Positions 22,027 to 33,797 of a stretch of DNA of 64,000 nucleotides are shown here, in pieces. Both the position numbers and the translations under genes were made by a program. Within the stretch, counting starts at the first letter, position 1. Each line of letters begins with the position of its first letter. This stretch comes from an uncultured Alphaproteobacteria bacterium (GTDB lineage Bacteria; Pseudomonadota; Alphaproteobacteria; Rhizobiales; Beijerinckiaceae). Location: positions 129,242-193,241 of the forward strand of contig CAVQWJ010000005.1 of the NCBI GenBank assembly GCA_963717565.1, read 5' to 3'. Below the pieces are notes generated by a model. It was not told the origin of the DNA. It made no database searches and was given only the letters and a program-made list of their open reading frames with translations.

Positions 22027-24546
22027 TCAGAAGTTCGCGCCGCCCGAGAAGCGGAAGTTCTGCGTAATGTCCTGCTGGGCCTTGGAGGTCACGACCGCAT
22101 AGTCGAAGCGGATCGGGCCCATTGGCGAATTCCACAGAACCGAGGCGCCGACCGACGAGCGGATGCGGAAGCCGTTCGAGGCCGGAACCATACAGGTGCC
22201 CTGTCCGTAGGCCGCAGGCGCCGTGTAGGCGGCGAGGCAGGTCCAGGACTGCGGAGGCACCCCGTCGTAGCTGGGGACCGGCGCCAGATTGTTGCTGTAG
22301 TTCGTGCGGCCCTGATAGTTCCAGAGGCTGCCAGCGTCGGCGAAGACTGCGCCCCTCAGACCCAGATCCTTCGGCAAACCCCAAATCGGAAACTGCACCT
22401 CAGCGGAAGCGCCAACGTAATCGGTGCCGCCGAGAGAGTTACCCATGCGGGCGTTATAGGTGGTGTAGATGTTGGAGTCGCGCGGACCGATGCCGCCGGG
22501 CGCAAAGCCGCGAACAAGGCTCGGACCGAGATTGAAGTTATCCTGAATACGCGGCTTATATCCGCCAAAGGGCGTCAGATTGCCGCCTTGAGCACGCAGA
22601 ATTCCAACCACGTCGTCGATATAGGGGATCTCGTGGAAGTAACGGACGTCGCCCGTGGTGCGGAAATAACGGGAATAGCCGCCGGCGCCCGCCGCGTCTT
22701 GGCTCAGAGTGGCGAGCCAGCCGTTATGCGGGTTACGGAAGTCGTCGATCGTGCTGTAGTTCAGCGAGTAACCGAACGCCGACGTCAGGATCGTGCCCTG
22801 CGATTCCTTGATCGCCAATGAGGCTTCGCCGTTCGTCAGACAGTTATAGTTGATGTTCGGATACTCCGGCGGCGGTAAGAACGACCCCGGCACGCCGGGC
22901 GTCACCGCGGTCGGGACGGTACAATCGTTGTACGGCTTGCTGTTCGAGTTCGGAATCGAGATCGTCGTCTGATACAGCGAATAGCGCGGCGAGAAGCTGA
23001 TCTCATCCGTGATCGGGATGCCGAAACGGATCGTTCCGCCGACCGAGGTCGAGGAATAGATCGAGTAGCTGTAGGCGTTCTGCCGACGCGCGAAAAGATC
23101 GAAGCCCGCCGAGATTCGCTGATCGAGGAAATAGGGCTCGGTGAAGCTGAAATTCACGCCCTGCGCGATCTGGCCCGCCTGCACCGACAGTCGGACAGCC
23201 TGACCACGGCCCATGAAGTTGCTTTCCGAGACCGAGACTTCGCCGATGAAGCCCTGGTTCGTCGAATAGCCGCCGGAGACGCCGAAGTTGCCGGTCGGCT
23301 GGTCTTCGACATCGACGTTGAGAATCACGCGGTCCGGCGACGAACCGGGCTCGTTGGTGACTTTCACCTTCTTGAAATAGCCGAGACCGTTGAGACGGCG
23401 CTCCGCGCGATCGACCAGGACGCGATTGTAGGCGTCGCCCTCGCCGAGATCGAACTCGCGGCGAATGACATAGTCGCGCGTGCGGGTGTTGCCGCGAATA
23501 TTGATGCGTTCGATGTAGACGCGCGGACCTTCGTCGAGCACGAAGTGGATCGAGACGGTCTGCGTCGCAGGATTGCGCTCGCCGCGCGGACGCGCCTGGG
23601 TGAAGGCATAGCCCTTCCTGGCGGCTTCGCGGGTCAGCGATTCGACCGTCTTCTCGACGGCGTCGCCATTGTAGATGTCTCCGGGCGATAGGCGCAGCCT
23701 GTCATTCAGATCGGCGCCGTTCACGTCGGGCAGATGAGATTCGATGTCGACCGAGCCGACGCGATACTGCGGGCCTTCCTCCACCACGATGGTGATGATG
23801 TAGCCGCCCGCGGCGGGGTCGAACTGAGCGTCCGAGCTGACGACCCGAAAATCGGCGTAGCCGTTCTTCAGATAGAAGCGACGAACCAGCTCGAGATCCG
23901 AAGCGATGCGATCCGGATCGTAGACGTCGCTGGTCTTGATGAACGACAGGAAGTTCATTTCCGTCGTCTCCATCATGCCGACCAGACGGCGCGTGGAGTA
24001 GACATTGTTGCCGACGAAGCGGATTTCCTTCACGCCCGTCTTGTCGCCCTCGACGACCGTGAAGACGACGTCGATCTTGCCATTCGGCAGTTCGACGGTG
24101 CGGTAGGAAACCTTAGCGGCGGCGCGGCCGGCGCGGCGATACATTTCCTGCATCCGCGCAACGTCGGCTTCCGCAACCTGCGGACTGAAGGCGGAATGGG
24201 CGCGCGAGCGCAATTCGGGCAGCAGATTCTCGGACTTGACCTTGCTGTTGCCCTCGATGGCGACGCGATTGATCTGGTTGCCTTCGGTAACGCGAATGAG
24301 AACATTGCCGCCCTTGCGGCTCGCGGAAACCGTCGCGAACCTGCCGCTCTCGCGCAGAGCCTCCAGACCCTTTTCGACCTCCTCGGGGCTTGTTCCCGTG
24401 AAGAAGGAACGGACCGTCTCGGAGTCGACGCGCGTGTTCCCTTCCACGACGATCGCGGCCGAAGCGGGAGCAGAAAAAGCGAGCAGCGCCGCGAACACGG
24501 CGATCAGAAGGGACGAAGATTTCCAAATACCGCTGGTGGATCGCAT
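22027..24546 (-). CDS. bamA: Outer membrane protein assembly factor BamA
   Basis: POTRA repeats (GNTRTRDYVIRRE), VRGF motif, terminal FRFSGGANF. Confidence 0.96.
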   Translation of the reverse strand: MRSTSGIWKSSSLLIAVFAALLAFSAPASAAIVVEGNTRVDSETVRSFFTGTSPEEVEKGLEALRESGRFATVSASRKGGNVLIRVTEGNQINRVAIEGNSKVKSENLLPELRSRAHSAFSPQVAEADVARMQEMYRRAGRAAAKVSYRTVELPNGKIDVVFTVVEGDKTGVKEIRFVGNNVYSTRRLVGMMETTEMNFLSFIKTSDVYDPDRIASDLELVRRFYLKNGYADFRVVSSDAQFDPAAGGYIITIVVEEGPQYRVGSVDIESHLPDVNGADLNDRLRLSPGDIYNGDAVEKTVESLTREAARKGYAFTQARPRGERNPATQTVSIHFVLDEGPRVYIERINIRGNTRTRDYVIRREFDLGEGDAYNRVLVDRAERRLNGLGYFKKVKVTNEPGSSPDRVILNVDVEDQPTGNFGVSGGYSTNQGFIGEVSVSESNFMGRGQAVRLSVQAGQIAQGVNFSFTEPYFLDQRISAGFDLFARRQNAYSYSIYSSTSVGGTIRFGIPITDEISFSPRYSLYQTTISIPNSNSKPYNDCTVPTAVTPGVPGSFLPPPEYPNINYNCLTNGEASLAIKESQGTILTSAFGYSLNYSTIDDFRNPHNGWLATLSQDAAGAGGYSRYFRTTGDVRYFHEIPYIDDVVGILRAQGGNLTPFGGYKPRIQDNFNLGPSLVRGFAPGGIGPRDSNIYTTYNARMGNSLGGTDYVGASAEVQFPIWGLPKDLGLRGAVFADAGSLWNYQGRTNYSNNLAPVPSYDGVPPQSWTCLAAYTAPAAYGQGTCMVPASNGFRIRSSVGASVLWNSPMGPIRFDYAVVTSKAQQDITQNFRFSGGANF

Positions 24547-24839
24547 GTAAAGCAGGTCCTCGTCGCAACAATCCGCCGCCCGGAGCGCGGCGCGAATGAC
24601 ATCCATAAGCGCATGGCGAGCACCGCCACACCGGGTCCATCGAATCTTCTACAGGGTTTACCCTACCCTGCAAATGCAGAATAAAATCTCTGCGCCCAAT
24701 TTGTCGAAGGCGTGGCGCTAAAGCCACGATTCATGGTCACCAAAGGGTAAATATCTCTGAAAAAAGGCCATAAAAGCGCAAAACCGCGGCGCCTGGCCGC
24801 GGTCTTGTCACAAAGTTATTCGAATCGCGCGAGCGCGGT

Positions 24840-25992
24840 TCAGGATGCGCCGCCGGCAAGCCTGCCGATCAATCGCGCGAGGTCGTTGTAGGTCGAGAAA
24901 ATCATCAGGGTTCCGACCATGGCGAGGCCCAGCCGAAAGGCGACTTCCTGCGTGCGCTCATTGAGAGCCTTGCCCCGCACCGCCTCGATTCCGAAGAACA
25001 GGAGGTGTCCCCCGTCCAGCAGTGGAATCGGGAAGAGATTGAGCAGCCCCACGGAGATGGACAGGAACGCGACGAGATTCAGGAGCGGCGCAAACCCGAC
25101 CTTGGACGCGGCCTGCGCCATTTCTCCGGAAACCTGCGCAATTCCAATTGGACCAGAGAGCTGATCGGCGCTTTCGCGGCCCGTGACCAGCCCGGCGAGA
25201 TAGGAGCCCGTCCGACCGATCACCCGCCAGGTCTCCTCAACCGCCCGCCCGAGCGCCGCGACAGGACCATAGCGCTCTTCATGGATGTCGCCGGGCGCCG
25301 TCGACGCCTTCAGGCCCAGCATGCCGATGCGCACCTTGCCCACCGCGCTCTGCGACCTCCCTCCAGGCCGGCGTCGCGGGGAGCGTCACCTCTTCGTCTC
25401 CGCGGCGGACAACGAAGACGAGCCGCGTGTCTGCCGAGCCGGAAACGATTTCCTGCATTCTGCTGAAGCTCGGAATCGGAGCGCCGTCGATCGTCAGGAT
25501 GAGGTCGCCCGCCTTGAACCCGGCAGCCTCGCCGGCGCCGCCGGCAACCAGGGCCCCAACGCGCGGCGCGAGGATCGTGCTGCCGTAGAAGGTGAAAACG
25601 CCCGTGAAAATCGCAATCGCCAGGACGAAATTGGCGAATGGACCGGCGAAGACGATGGCAGATCGCTTCCAGACCGGCTGAGCGGCGAAGGTCACCGCAC
25701 GCTCGGCCTCCGGCATGTCTGCGACGCTTTCGGGGTCCGGCGCGCTCGCGCCATTCGCATCGCCATGGAACTTGACGTAACCGCCGAGCGGGATTGCCGC
25801 AACGCGCCAGCGCGTGCCGTAACGATCGACCCGCGCGAAAAGCTCCGGTCCGAAGCCGATCGAGAACGCGTCCACCTGCACGCCGCACCAGCGGCCGACA
25901 AGGAAATGGCCAAGCTCGTGGATGAAGACGACAATGCTGAGAACGATTACGAAGGGGACGACGTAGAACCCAAAAGTCGTCAATAGATTCAT
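24840..25992 (-). CDS. rseP: RIP metalloprotease RseP, apparent indel near 25355
   Basis: HELGH, AGPFANF and PDZ domain in the first frame; NLFPIPLLDGGHL in the second. Confidence 0.93.
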
Positions 25993-26041
25993 GGCTTTGT
26001 CGCCTCCAACGCTCAGCCATCCCGCGACGGTCGCCGGATGG

Positions 26042-27277
26042 TTACTGCAGCGTTAACATGCCCGATGGCGCATCGACCGCCAAGGCCGATCGCGATCTTT
26101 CTCGGACAATATGGTCAACGCCAAGCGCTTCTTCCACACTTGCCGGCTCCTGTGCGTAGCCGTCCCGCAGCGCGGCCTCACATGCCTCGGCCACATGCTT
26201 TGCTATGCCGGAAAACGGGATGCGACGATCGAGGAACGCCTGAACGGCGATCTCATTGGCGGCGTTAAGGACGTTGGTAAGTCCACCCCCATGCGCCAGC
26301 GCGTCCAGGGCCAGTCTCAGCGCGGGGAAGCGCTCGAAATCGGGCGCCTCGAAGGTCAGGGAGCCGATCTGCGCGAAATCGAGCCGCTTCGCGGGCGTCG
26401 TCAGCCGCTCGTCGGGATAGGCCAGGCAATGCGCAATCGGCACGCGCATGTCCGGCGGCGCCAGGCCGGCCGTCACTGATCCGTCCGAAAAAGTAACGAG
26501 GCCATGCACGATCGACTGCGGATGAACCACGACCTCGAGCTTATCCGCCGACACGCCGAAAAGGTGGTGCGCCTCGATCAGTTCGAGACCTTTGTTCATC
26601 AGCCCGGCGGAGTCGACCGTCACCTTCGGACCCATCGCCCAATTGGGGTGGTTGAGCGCCTCGTCCACGGTGGCCGCTGCGATGCGCTCCCGGCTCCAGG
26701 TGCGGAACGGGCCACCCGAGGCCGTGACGATCATGCGCTCGATGCGCGAGGGGTCCTCGCCGCCGAGCGCCTGGAAAATCGCGTTATGCTCGCTGTCCAC
26801 CGGCAACAGCGCCGCCTTCGTCTTTTTCGCGGTGCGCATGAAAGGGGCGCCGGCGCAGACGAGGCATTCCTTGTTGGCCAGCGCCACATTGCGGCCAAGT
26901 GAGATCGCCGCGTGGGTCGGCTCGACGCCGGCGGCGCCGACGATCGCCGAGACCAGCAGATCGGCGTCGCGCACCGCCGCCTCGATGACGGCCTCGCGTC
27001 CCGCCGCGACCTGAATATTCGTGCCGGAAAGCGCCTCCTTCAAAGCCGAATAGGCGCTTTCGTCCCGGATAGCCGCAAACTCGGCCTTTGTGCGGCGGGC
27101 GACATCCGCCAGCGCCGCCGCATCCCGCCCACCGGCGACCGCCGCCACGCTGAAGCGTTCGGAGTCGCGTTCCAGAATATCCAGGGTCGAGCGGCCGATC
27201 GAGCCCGTGGCGCCGAGAAGGACGATACGGCGCGGCTCCGGCCTGCGCCCATTCGAGTGTCCGTTCTTCAAACCCAT
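26042..27277 (-). CDS. dxr: 1-deoxy-D-xylulose-5-phosphate reductoisomerase
   Basis: LLGATGSIG, LANKE, PVDSEH, LNHPNWAMGPKVTVDSA. Confidence 0.96.
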   Translation of the reverse strand: MGLKNGHSNGRRPEPRRIVLLGATGSIGRSTLDILERDSERFSVAAVAGGRDAAALADVARRTKAEFAAIRDESAYSALKEALSGTNIQVAAGREAVIEAAVRDADLLVSAIVGAAGVEPTHAAISLGRNVALANKECLVCAGAPFMRTAKKTKAALLPVDSEHNAIFQALGGEDPSRIERMIVTASGGPFRTWSRERIAAATVDEALNHPNWAMGPKVTVDSAGLMNKGLELIEAHHLFGVSADKLEVVVHPQSIVHGLVTFSDGSVTAGLAPPDMRVPIAHCLAYPDERLTTPAKRLDFAQIGSLTFEAPDFERFPALRLALDALAHGGGLTNVLNAANEIAVQAFLDRRIPFSGIAKHVAEACEAALRDGYAQEPASVEEALGVDHIVRERSRSALAVDAPSGMLTLQ

Positions 27278-27284
27278 TCCTTCG

Positions 27285-28139
27285 TCACCAGAAAAAGAGG
27301 TTGGCGGCGGCGGACGCATTTCCCCGCGCCAGTCCGATCGCCGCCGCGAGAACGCTCGCAAAGATGAAACCGTCGAGCCTGTCCATGACCCCGCCATGGC
27401 CCGGGATGAGCTGGCTCGAATCCTTGACGCCGAAGCGGCGCTTCACCGAGGATTCGGCAAGGTCCCCCATCTGCGAGACGGCGGCGGCCGCCAGCCCGAC
27501 GAGGAAGGTCGGAACGCCGGCAAGCGCGCCGCCGCCCCCGAAATAGACAGTGGCGAGCCCCAGAGCCGCGCCGCTCAGAACCCCCGTGATCGTTCCGGAC
27601 CATGTCTTGCCGGCCGACACGCGCGGCCACAGCTTCGGCCCGCCGATCAGCCGACCGCCAAAGTAAGCGAAGATGTCGGTGCCCCAGACGACGGCGAACA
27701 GAAAGGCGATGGCGAGCAGGCCGAACTGCGGCGACTCGCGCAGCCAGCAAACGGCAAAGACCGGCGCGCTGGCGTAGACGACCCCCGCCGCCGCCCAGAG
27801 GCGCCGCTCAGGCCCGGCCAGGGCCGCGGCGGCAGCGGCGATGATGACCGTCAGGAGCGCGGCATAGGCTGCAAACCCGTGGCGTCCGAGAATCGCCGCC
27901 GCCCCGACCGCCAGGCCCCCCAATGCAACCCGCCACTGGCGATGCTCGCCCCCGACGAGGTTCTGCCATTCCCAATTGATCGCACAGCCCGCAAGAACCC
28001 AGAAAAGGACGAAAGCCAAGCCGCCGAAATAAAGCGTGACGGCCGCCGCTGCGACCATAACGATGGCCGAAACGACCCTCGGCCCGAGATCGGCGAAACC
28101 GCCGCTTCCGGCGCCCGCGCTTTTCGGAGGAGCGCTCAT
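27285..28139 (-). CDS. cdsA: Phosphatidate cytidylyltransferase
   Basis: WGTDIFAYFGG, SAGKTWSG, IPGHGGVMDRLD. Confidence 0.94.
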   Translation of the reverse strand: MSAPPKSAGAGSGGFADLGPRVVSAIVMVAAAAVTLYFGGLAFVLFWVLAGCAINWEWQNLVGGEHRQWRVALGGLAVGAAAILGRHGFAAYAALLTVIIAAAAAALAGPERRLWAAAGVVYASAPVFAVCWLRESPQFGLLAIAFLFAVVWGTDIFAYFGGRLIGGPKLWPRVSAGKTWSGTITGVLSGAALGLATVYFGGGGALAGVPTFLVGLAAAAVSQMGDLAESSVKRRFGVKDSSQLIPGHGGVMDRLDGFIFASVLAAAIGLARGNASAAANLFFW

Positions 28140-28152
28140 GACGCAGTCGTCC

Positions 28153-28926
28153 TCATGACGCGGTCTTGGCGCTGCGCGCCGGTTCGACGCGCCCGAAGCG
28201 GCGTTCCCGATGGGCATATTCCTCCAGAGCCGCGACCATCGCCGCCCGGTCGAAATCCGGCCAGAGGATCGGCAGGAAGACGAATTCGGCGTAGGCCGCC
28301 TGCCACAGGAGGAAATTCGACAGCCGCTGCTCGCCGGAGGTGCGGATGATGAGGTCCGGGTCCGGTATGTCGGCCGTGTCGAGCCTGGCCGCGATGGCGT
28401 CGGCGTCGATCTCGTCGGGCGTCAGGCGTCCCTCCGCAACCATCTGCGCCAGCGCCCGCGCCGCCGAGGCGATCTCCTGCCGCGCGCCATAGTTGAAAGC
28501 GACGACAAGGGTCAGACCCGTGTTGGCCTGCGTGACCTGCTCCGCTTCCCGCAGCAGAGACCCGATTTCGGGGGCCAGATCGTCACGCACGCCGATGACG
28601 CGGACGCGCACATTATTGGCGTGAAGCTCGCTGAGGTCGTTGCGGATGAAGCGGTGCAACAGGCCAAGGAGGCTCTGCACCTCCTCGCGCGGCCGCGACC
28701 AGTTCTCGGCGGAGAAGGAGTAGACCGTGAGGTAGGAAATCTTGAGGTCGATCGCGGCCCGGACCGCACGGCGCAGCGCCTCGACGCCGCGCCGGTGTCC
28801 CTCGAATCGCGGGAGGCCGCGGGCGGCCGCCCAGCGGCCGTTCCCGTCCATGATGAGCGCGACATGGCGTGGCGTCCCGGGAACCCCGAGAGCGGTAACC
28901 GCCATGTCGAAAATCTCGTCCGCCAT
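28153..28926 (-). CDS. uppS: Undecaprenyl diphosphate synthase
   Basis: [34 protein letters not shown]. Confidence 0.96.
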   Translation of the reverse strand: MADEIFDMAVTALGVPGTPRHVALIMDGNGRWAAARGLPRFEGHRRGVEALRRAVRAAIDLKISYLTVYSFSAENWSRPREEVQSLLGLLHRFIRNDLSELHANNVRVRVIGVRDDLAPEIGSLLREAEQVTQANTGLTLVVAFNYGARQEIASAARALAQMVAEGRLTPDEIDADAIAARLDTADIPDPDLIIRTSGEQRLSNFLLWQAAYAEFVFLPILWPDFDRAAMVAALEEYAHRERRFGRVEPARSAKTAS

Positions 28927-29006
28927 CCTCAATTTCCAGTTCAGAAACCCCGAGCAGGCAAGTCGGGCGGAACGCCGCCGCACTTGTGCCGTCGCCGCTT
29001 CGCGGC

Positions 29007-29567
29007 TCAGACCTGCATGATTTCCTTTTCCTTGGCGGCGAGGGCGCCGTCGATTTCCTTCACCGCCTCGTCGGTCGCCTTCTGGACCTCGGTTTCGTGC
29101 CGCTTTTCGTCATCCTCCGGGATGGCGTGATCCTTGAGGAGTTTTTTCAGAATGTCGAGACCGTCGCGGCGCACATGACGCACGGCGACGCGGGCCTCCT
29201 CGGCGTATTTATGGGCGACCTTCACGAGTTCCTTGCGGCGCTGCTCGTTGAGTTCGGGCATGCGAATGCGCAGGATCTGGCCCTCAACGGTCGGCTGAAG
29301 GCCCAGATTAGCTTCGCGAATCGCCTTGTCCACGGCGATGACGAGCGCCTTGTCCCAGACCTGCACCGAGAGCAACCGCGGCTCCGGCACGCTCACCGTG
29401 GCGACCTGATTGAGCGGCGAGTGCGTCCCATAGGCGTCGACATGCACCGGATCGAGCAAGCTCGCCGAGGCGCGGCCCGTGCGCAGGCCGCCGAACTCAT
29501 GTTTGAGCGTCGCGATTGCGCCGTGCATGCGGCGCTTCAAATCCTCAAGATCGAATTTATCCGTCAT
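29007..29567 (-). CDS. frr: Ribosome recycling factor
   Basis: [25 protein letters not shown]. Confidence 0.96.
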   Translation of the reverse strand: MTDKFDLEDLKRRMHGAIATLKHEFGGLRTGRASASLLDPVHVDAYGTHSPLNQVATVSVPEPRLLSVQVWDKALVIAVDKAIREANLGLQPTVEGQILRIRMPELNEQRRKELVKVAHKYAEEARVAVRHVRRDGLDILKKLLKDHAIPEDDEKRHETEVQKATDEAVKEIDGALAAKEKEIMQV

Positions 29568-29685
29568 GACCTTCCAAACCTGTCCTGTATTCCCCGCCGC
29601 AACCGAAGCGCTTTCAGGCACAACCGCCGGCGCCCGGGACCGCAGGCGGCCCCTTATGGCATGTTTTCGAGGCTGATGCGCGCAT

Positions 29686-30411
29686 TTAAGGCGCAACCAG
29701 GGTCGAGCGCCCCCCGCCGGAAAGGACGGAGGCGATGGCGCCGGGTTCGCCGATCGAAAAAACGATGATGGGGATACGGTTCTCCCTCGCGAGGGCGAAG
29801 GCCGCCGTATCCATGACCGCAAGATTCTGCGCGATGGCCTCGTCATGGGTCAAGCGCTCGTAGCGCTGGGCCGAGGGGTCGCGTTTGGGGTCGGCCGTGT
29901 AGACGCCGTCCACCTGTGTCGCCTTGAGCACGGCGTCCGCCGAGAGTTCCGCGGCGCGCAGCACGGCGCCCGTGTCGGTAGTGAAGAAGGGGTTGCCCGT
30001 GCCGCCCGCCGCGATCACGACGCGCCCTTTCGCGAGATGATGCAGCGCCGCCCGGCGGGAGAAGGATTCGCACAGCGACGGCATGGGCACGGAAGAGAGG
30101 CAGCGCGCCTGCCGGCCCTGCATCTCCACCGCCTGCTCCAGCGCCAGACCGTTCATGACGGTCGCCAGCATGCCGATGGAATCGGCGCGAGCCCGTTCGA
30201 TGCCCGTCTCCGCGCCCTTGATTCCGCGAAAGAAATTGCCGCCACCGACCACCACCGCAATCTCATGGCCCGCCTCGGAGGCCGTCGCCAGGTCTTTCGC
30301 GATCCGGGCCAGCGTCGGCGCGTCGAGCCCATGCGGGGACGGGCCCTGCAGCGCCTCACCCGACAATTTGACGACCACGCGCTTGTATCTCTTCGATGCG
30401 TGGTCCGACAT
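29686..30411 (-). CDS. pyrH: UMP kinase
   Basis: [30 protein letters not shown]. Confidence 0.96.
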   Translation of the reverse strand: MSDHASKRYKRVVVKLSGEALQGPSPHGLDAPTLARIAKDLATASEAGHEIAVVVGGGNFFRGIKGAETGIERARADSIGMLATVMNGLALEQAVEMQGRQARCLSSVPMPSLCESFSRRAALHHLAKGRVVIAAGGTGNPFFTTDTGAVLRAAELSADAVLKATQVDGVYTADPKRDPSAQRYERLTHDEAIAQNLAVMDTAAFALARENRIPIIVFSIGEPGAIASVLSGGGRSTLVAP

Positions 30412-30488
30412 GGGCAGGTCTCGCTGTCTCGCTTGGGAAGGCGCGCCATACATACGAATGGCGCGGAACCTTCGCAAGCCGTCAACTG

Positions 30489-30964
30489 TCAGGGCCCCGG
30501 TTCGCCGCCCGTCGCACCGAAGACCTGCCCTGTGCAGAAGCTCGACTCAGTGGAGGCGAGCAGAACATAGAGCGGCGCCAGTTCCGCCGGCTGGCCGGGG
30601 CGCTTGAGCGGCGTGTCGGCGCCGAATTTGGTCAGATGCTCCTGCGTCTGCCCGCCGGAGGGCTGCAGCGGCGTCCAGACCGGGCCCGGCGCCACCGCGT
30701 TGACCCGAATGCCCTTGGAGGCGAGCTGCGCGGCGAGGCGCCAGGTGAAGTTCAGGATGGCGGCCTTGGTGGCGGAATAGTCAAGGAGCTGCTTCGACGG
30801 ATCGAAGGCGGTGATCGAGGCCGTGTTGATGATGCTGGCGCCCGGCGGCAGGTGCGGAATGGCCGCCTTGGTGATCCAGAACAGCGCATAGAGATTGGTT
30901 TTGAACGTCCAGTCCATTCTTGGATCGCGTCGGAGATCGTCTGTTCCTGCGCAGCCATCGCCAT
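30489..30964 (-). pseudogene. 5'-truncated SDR oxidoreductase fragment (YghA-like)
   Basis: Keeps YSATK and [12 protein letters not shown]; the N-terminal Rossmann glycine motif is absent, and there is no room for it before the tsf terminator. Confidence 0.75.
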
Positions 30965-31042
30965 TCTCCCGCCGTCCACCGCCGATGCGGCGAAACGCAG
31001 GGGAATGGGGAATGTTTCAGCAGGAAGCCGGTCGCAGAAAGC

Positions 31043-31068
31043 AAAAGGCCGGAGCATGCGCTCCGGCC
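31043..31068 (-). terminator. Terminator hairpin after tsf
   Basis: GGCCGGAGC / GCTCCGGCC stem with U4 on the minus strand. Confidence 0.65.
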
Positions 31069-31092
31069 CTGCAATATTCAGCGGAAGGAAAC

Positions 31093-32019
31093 TCAGCCCT
31101 TCGCGGCCGCAGCGACTTCCGCCGCGAAATCGCTGGTCTGCTTCTCGATGCCCTCGCCGAGCGCGTAGCGAACAAAGCCCTTGATGGCGATCGGCGCGCC
31201 GGCCTTGCCTTCGAGCTCCTTCACCGCCTGAGCGACGGTCTTGCCATTGTGCTCGGGATGGTTCGAGGGCTGATCGAGCAGGCAGACTTCCTTGGCGAAG
31301 GTCTTGATGCCGGATTCGACGATCTTCGCCAGCACATTGTCGGGCTTGCCGGCGTTCTTCTCGCGCAGCAGATTCGCCTCGCGCTCGACGACAGCCGGAT
31401 CGAGGCCGGCTGCGTCCATCGCCTGCGGATTGGCGGACGCGACATGCATGGCGATCTCGCGGGCCGCCTTGGCCAGCACTTCCTTGTCGCCCGTCGACTC
31501 GAGCGCCACGATCACAGCGATCTTGCCCTGGCCGTCGACCACCTGGCCGTGCACATAGCGGCCGACGACGCCGTCGCTCACCGACAGCGCGGCGGCGCGG
31601 CGCAGCGTGAGGTTCTCGCCGATGGTGGCGATGGCGCTGGTGACGTTCTCGGCGACCGTGCCGCCGCCCGGATAGGCCTGCGCGCCGAGCTCGGCCGCAT
31701 CGGTCTTGCCGGTCTTGAGCGCGACTTCGGCGATGTTCTTGACGAGCGTCTGGAAGTCCGCGTTGCGGGAGACGAAGTCGGTCTCCGAGTTGACCTCGAC
31801 GACGACGCCGGTCTTGTCGCCGGTCAGCGCGGCGACGAGGCCCTCGGCGGCGACGCGGTCGGCCTTCTTGGCGGCCTTGGAGAGGCCCTTCTTGCGCAGC
31901 CAGTCGATCGCGGCCTCGAACTCGCCTTCGGTCGCGGTCAGGGCCGCCTTGCAGTCCATCATGCCGGCGCCGGTGCTCTCACGCAGTTCCTTGACAAGGG
32001 CGGCGGTAATCGTGGCCAT
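31093..32019 (-). CDS. tsf: Elongation factor Ts
   Basis: [24 protein letters not shown], terminal DFAAEVAA. Confidence 0.97.
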   Translation of the reverse strand: MATITAALVKELRESTGAGMMDCKAALTATEGEFEAAIDWLRKKGLSKAAKKADRVAAEGLVAALTGDKTGVVVEVNSETDFVSRNADFQTLVKNIAEVALKTGKTDAAELGAQAYPGGGTVAENVTSAIATIGENLTLRRAAALSVSDGVVGRYVHGQVVDGQGKIAVIVALESTGDKEVLAKAAREIAMHVASANPQAMDAAGLDPAVVEREANLLREKNAGKPDNVLAKIVESGIKTFAKEVCLLDQPSNHPEHNGKTVAQAVKELEGKAGAPIAIKGFVRYALGEGIEKQTSDFAAEVAAAAKG

Positions 32020-32097
32020 GGCTAAATCCTCTGTTGTTTTCGCGCGCGCGCCAAGCCGAAGCGGGCTGGCGTCCTTCGCGCTCGGGAGCATGTATTG

Positions 32098-32135
32098 CGT
32101 CGGGCGCCGGCTCAGGAAAGAGCCGGCGCCCGACG
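32098..32135. terminator. 16-bp stem hairpin between rpsB and tsf (stabiliser or partial terminator)
   Basis: CGTCGGGCGCCGGCTC / GAGCCGGCGCCCGACG. Confidence 0.5.
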
Positions 32136-32162
32136 GTTAAGATCGAAAGGTGACAGTCGGCG

Positions 32163-33182
32163 TTACGCGGAAAGAAGCGCGCGCGCCTGATCGATCCAGC
32201 CGTCGCGGGCGATGCGGCCGTTGAGCTTGAGGTCGGCGTCGACCTTCTCGACGTCAGCCGGGGTCATCGCGGCAAGCTGCCAGTAATGGTAGATGCCGGC
32301 GTCATTGAGCTTCTTGACGAGCTGGGGGCCAACGCCGTTGAGCTTGGCCAGATCGTCCGGCGCGCCGCGCGGGGCGGCGAGCAGCTCGAAGGCTTCGCTC
32401 GACTCCTGCGCGTCGACCGGCTCCGCGGCGGCGGCGATAGCGGGCTCGACGACCGGCGTCTCGGCGGCGCCGAGATCCATGCCCAGCGAGCCCTGGCTGC
32501 GGGAGATGCCGTCGATCGCGGCCTTGGCGATCAGATCGCAATAGAGCGCGATGGCGCGGCCCGCATCGTCATTGCCCGGGATCGGGAAGGACACGCCGTC
32601 CGGATCGCAGTTCGTGTCGAGAATCGCCACGACCGGGATCTTGAGGCGGTTGGCCTCCTTGATCGCGAGCTGCTCCTTGTTGGTGTCGATGACGAAGATC
32701 AGGTCCGGCGTGCCGCCCATGTCCCTGATGCCGCCGAGCGCCTTTTCGAGCTTCTCGCGCTCGCGGGTCAGCAGCAGGCGCTCCTTCTTCGTCACGCCCT
32801 GAGCGCCGGCCGACAGCATGTCGTCGAGCTTGCGCAGGCGGTTGATCGAGCCGGAAATCGTCTTCCAGTTGGTCAGCGTGCCGCCGAGCCAGCGGGAATT
32901 GATGTAATATTGCGCGCTGCGCTTGGCGGCGTCGGCGATCTGGTCCTGCGCCTGACGCTTGGTGCCGACGAACAGCACGCGGCCGCCGCGGGCCACCGTG
33001 TCGGAAACGACCTTCAGCGCCTGATGCAGCAGCGGCACCGTCTGGGCGAGATCGATGATATGGATGTTGTTGCGGGCGCCGAAGATGAAGGGAGCCATCT
33101 TCGGGTTCCAGCGATGCGACTGGTGGCCGAAATGGGCGCCCGCCTCGAGAAGGCCGCGCATGGTGAAGTCAGGAAGAGCCAT
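32163..33182 (-). CDS. rpsB: 30S ribosomal protein S2 with C-terminal extension
   Basis: [28 protein letters not shown]. Confidence 0.97.
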   Translation of the reverse strand: MALPDFTMRGLLEAGAHFGHQSHRWNPKMAPFIFGARNNIHIIDLAQTVPLLHQALKVVSDTVARGGRVLFVGTKRQAQDQIADAAKRSAQYYINSRWLGGTLTNWKTISGSINRLRKLDDMLSAGAQGVTKKERLLLTREREKLEKALGGIRDMGGTPDLIFVIDTNKEQLAIKEANRLKIPVVAILDTNCDPDGVSFPIPGNDDAGRAIALYCDLIAKAAIDGISRSQGSLGMDLGAAETPVVEPAIAAAAEPVDAQESSEAFELLAAPRGAPDDLAKLNGVGPQLVKKLNDAGIYHYWQLAAMTPADVEKVDADLKLNGRIARDGWIDQARALLSA

Positions 33183-33184
33183 TT

Positions 33185-33296
33185 ATTCTTTCTCCGGTTG
33201 AGCCGCGGCGAAGGAGTTAGAGGCCGGAAGCCGGCCACCGGAAGCGGCGTCTTGGATCAGACGTCGCGATGCCTTCGCCTGTGGGATGCGCGCGCT
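33185..33296 (-). promoter_or_regulatory. Candidate rpsB (t44-like) leader RNA
   Basis: Minus strand GCGCAUCCCAC...CCGGUG...CUCAACCGGAG directly upstream of rpsB, recalled as similar to S2 autoregulatory leaders. Confidence 0.5.
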
Positions 33297-33602
33297 TATA
33301 TGCGAAGCGCCCGAAAGGAGCAATAGTCTTCACGCCTTCGCCGCCGGCGCTTTCCGCCGCCCCCGCAGGGCCGGGCCGGGCAGTCCCGAGGCGTGCCGAA
33401 GTTTCGATTTTCGGGACGAAAAAATTTTCGGAGCCGCGACGAGTTGTCGCAGCCTATCTATATGATTTTTAAGCAAAACTACCGTATTTTGCCCCCTTGA
33501 AAATAGCTGTCTCAGGCGCATTGCCAAGCGTTTTGAATCGAGCTAGGGTTACTCCCGATGCGGCAAGCATTCTGGTTTAAAAAAACAACAGGGGGATAAC
33601 GC

Positions 33603-33797
33603 ATGGCCGTCAACGTTCACAGCTCCGGCGACATTGGCAAGATGCTGATCTGGGTTGCCGCCTTCGTCGGCTTCATCGTCGTCGCTCTCACGTGGGTTCC
33701 GGACTGGATCTCCCCCGAGGGCACCAATGGCACGGGCAACAACCGCGAAGCTATCGGCACCGCCGGCACTGGCTCCACCGCGCGCATGATCCAGTAA
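33603..33797 (+). CDS. 64-aa single-pass membrane protein
   Basis: GGGGGA RBS; one hydrophobic helix followed by a Gly/Thr-rich tail. Confidence 0.65.
   Translation: MAVNVHSSGDIGKMLIWVAAFVGFIVVALTWVPDWISPEGTNGTGNNREAIGTAGTGSTARMIQ

Noticed and set aside
18343-25992. Frameshifts in lpxB, lpxD and rseP as phase variation or programmed recoding
   Set aside because: No long slippery tracts, and similar breaks are scattered window-wide; sequencing error is simpler.
32163-32450. Long C-terminal extension of S2 as a novel fusion
   Set aside because: Such extensions are commonly seen in Rhizobiales RpsB.
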